A stretch of 64,000 nucleotides of DNA from Chiloscyllium plagiosum (lineage: Eukaryota): contig NC_057711.1 in NCBI RefSeq assembly GCF_004010195.1, positions 27,663,566-27,727,565 on the forward strand, given 5' to 3'. Positions within the stretch are counted from its first letter, which is position 1, and every line of letters starts with the position of its first letter. Below, piece after piece: positions 62,950-64,000 of the stretch. Below the pieces are notes generated by a model. That model searched no databases, was not told the DNA's origin, and saw only the letters and a program-made list of their open reading frames with translations. The position numbers and the translations under genes were made by a program.

Positions 62950-63600
62950 GAGTCTTGAAAATGGTGAACGATCTTTGCAGAATTGGTAGACCAGTCACTG
63001 ACCTGTTCTTGTAACAACCACATTTATATGGCTGGCACTGTTCAGATTCAGCACAATGCTAACCCCAAGGCTCTTGGTGACATTGGATCTCACAAGACCA
63101 TGATTAGATTCGCTATTGTTCAAACTAATCATTGCCTAGCACTTTTGTGGTACAAGTTTTACTTGCAGTCTTTCAATCCTGAATGTTGGCCAGGGCTTAT
63201 AGTGTGTGCGTGGACTATTATGGTATCTGAGGAGTACCTAATAATGCTGAATATTGTGTATTCATCAGCGAACAACCTCTTGTCTTGCCCCATGATGGCA
63301 GAGATATTGATACAATAGGTGAAGATTGTTGGGGAGGGGACACTGCCCTGTGCATCAGAGGCAACATGTCTTGGGGCTGAGATAATTGCCCTCCAACAAT
63401 CATAGCCATCTTCCTTTGTGCTTGGAATACTCCAAATGATATTTTCACAATTTTTCCAGGAATTATTGATACTAAACCTGGTTACTTGCTGTCAGATGTC
63501 CAGGACAGTAACTCTTGCCTCACCATTTGAATTTAATTCTCTATTTTATGTTGGTCCCAAGGTGACTCGTTCTGACAGCACTCGGAGTATCATGGATTTT
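62950..63600 (-). mobile_element. Very degenerate older CR1/L2-group LINE RT fragment
   Basis: Similar to 4550-4730; atcagcgaaca is the reverse complement of MFAD-like codons. Confidence 0.5.
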
Positions 63601-64000
63601 GACCTTCATTAGTTATCTTGACTTCCAATTGCAGAATTTGAATGTACAGTGGCATATTTGGGGATTTTTTACTAGCAAATTAACCTGTATAATGTAAAAG
63701 GGCCTTGAGATTTATGTATGGCAAATGTAAATTTGAGGCACATTCAGGCTTTTGAAGGATTCTCATTGATATCGGAAACTACAACTTGGAAATGATTTGT
63801 CTTCGAAGAAGCTAATTATTGAAAATAAGTGATTGTCAGCTGTTGAGACCTAATATATGTTTACATACATTTTATTGCTGATTTTGCTTGTACTGCATTG
63901 ATGTATAAATGCCATATTCTTTAAGCCTTGTGTCAACATGAAAATATTTGCACTTGGTAAAATAGCTGACCTGCAGTAGTTAGTTAATTAAGAAACACCC

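Noticed and set aside
1-64000. CRISPR arrays, operons or other prokaryotic systems
   Set aside because: The sequence is eukaryotic and repeat-dominated; the recurring repeats are dispersed, not regularly spaced

Overview
Repeat-rich, AT-rich vertebrate genomic DNA, almost certainly from a cartilaginous fish (shark). It carries HE1-type V-SINEs and their partner CR1/HER1-like LINEs. I found no intact protein-coding gene: nearly every ORF in the track is a retroelement fragment or noise. The window reads like a long intron or 5' region of a + strand gene, with a few candidate small exons (best: a 45-nt in-frame exon at 54468-54512, SYNPFDYSTLQLIKQ) and two CNE-like blocks. Mobile content includes CR1, an older CR1/L2-group LINE and its SINE, L2, RTE, Rex/Babar and a TA-flanked MITE. 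At least two Penelope-like (PLE, GIY-YIG) families are also present. The most striking signal is about 15 short PLE-derived units carrying or trailing a minimal type I hammerhead ribozyme motif (CUGANGA-stem II-GAAACGUC). They occur as a TSD-flanked 130-bp stand-alone insertion, as head-to-head palindromes, as tail-less arms and as an orphan tail. Several small repeat fragments are also captured between local duplications. All calls were made by eye, and boundaries of decayed repeats are approximate.
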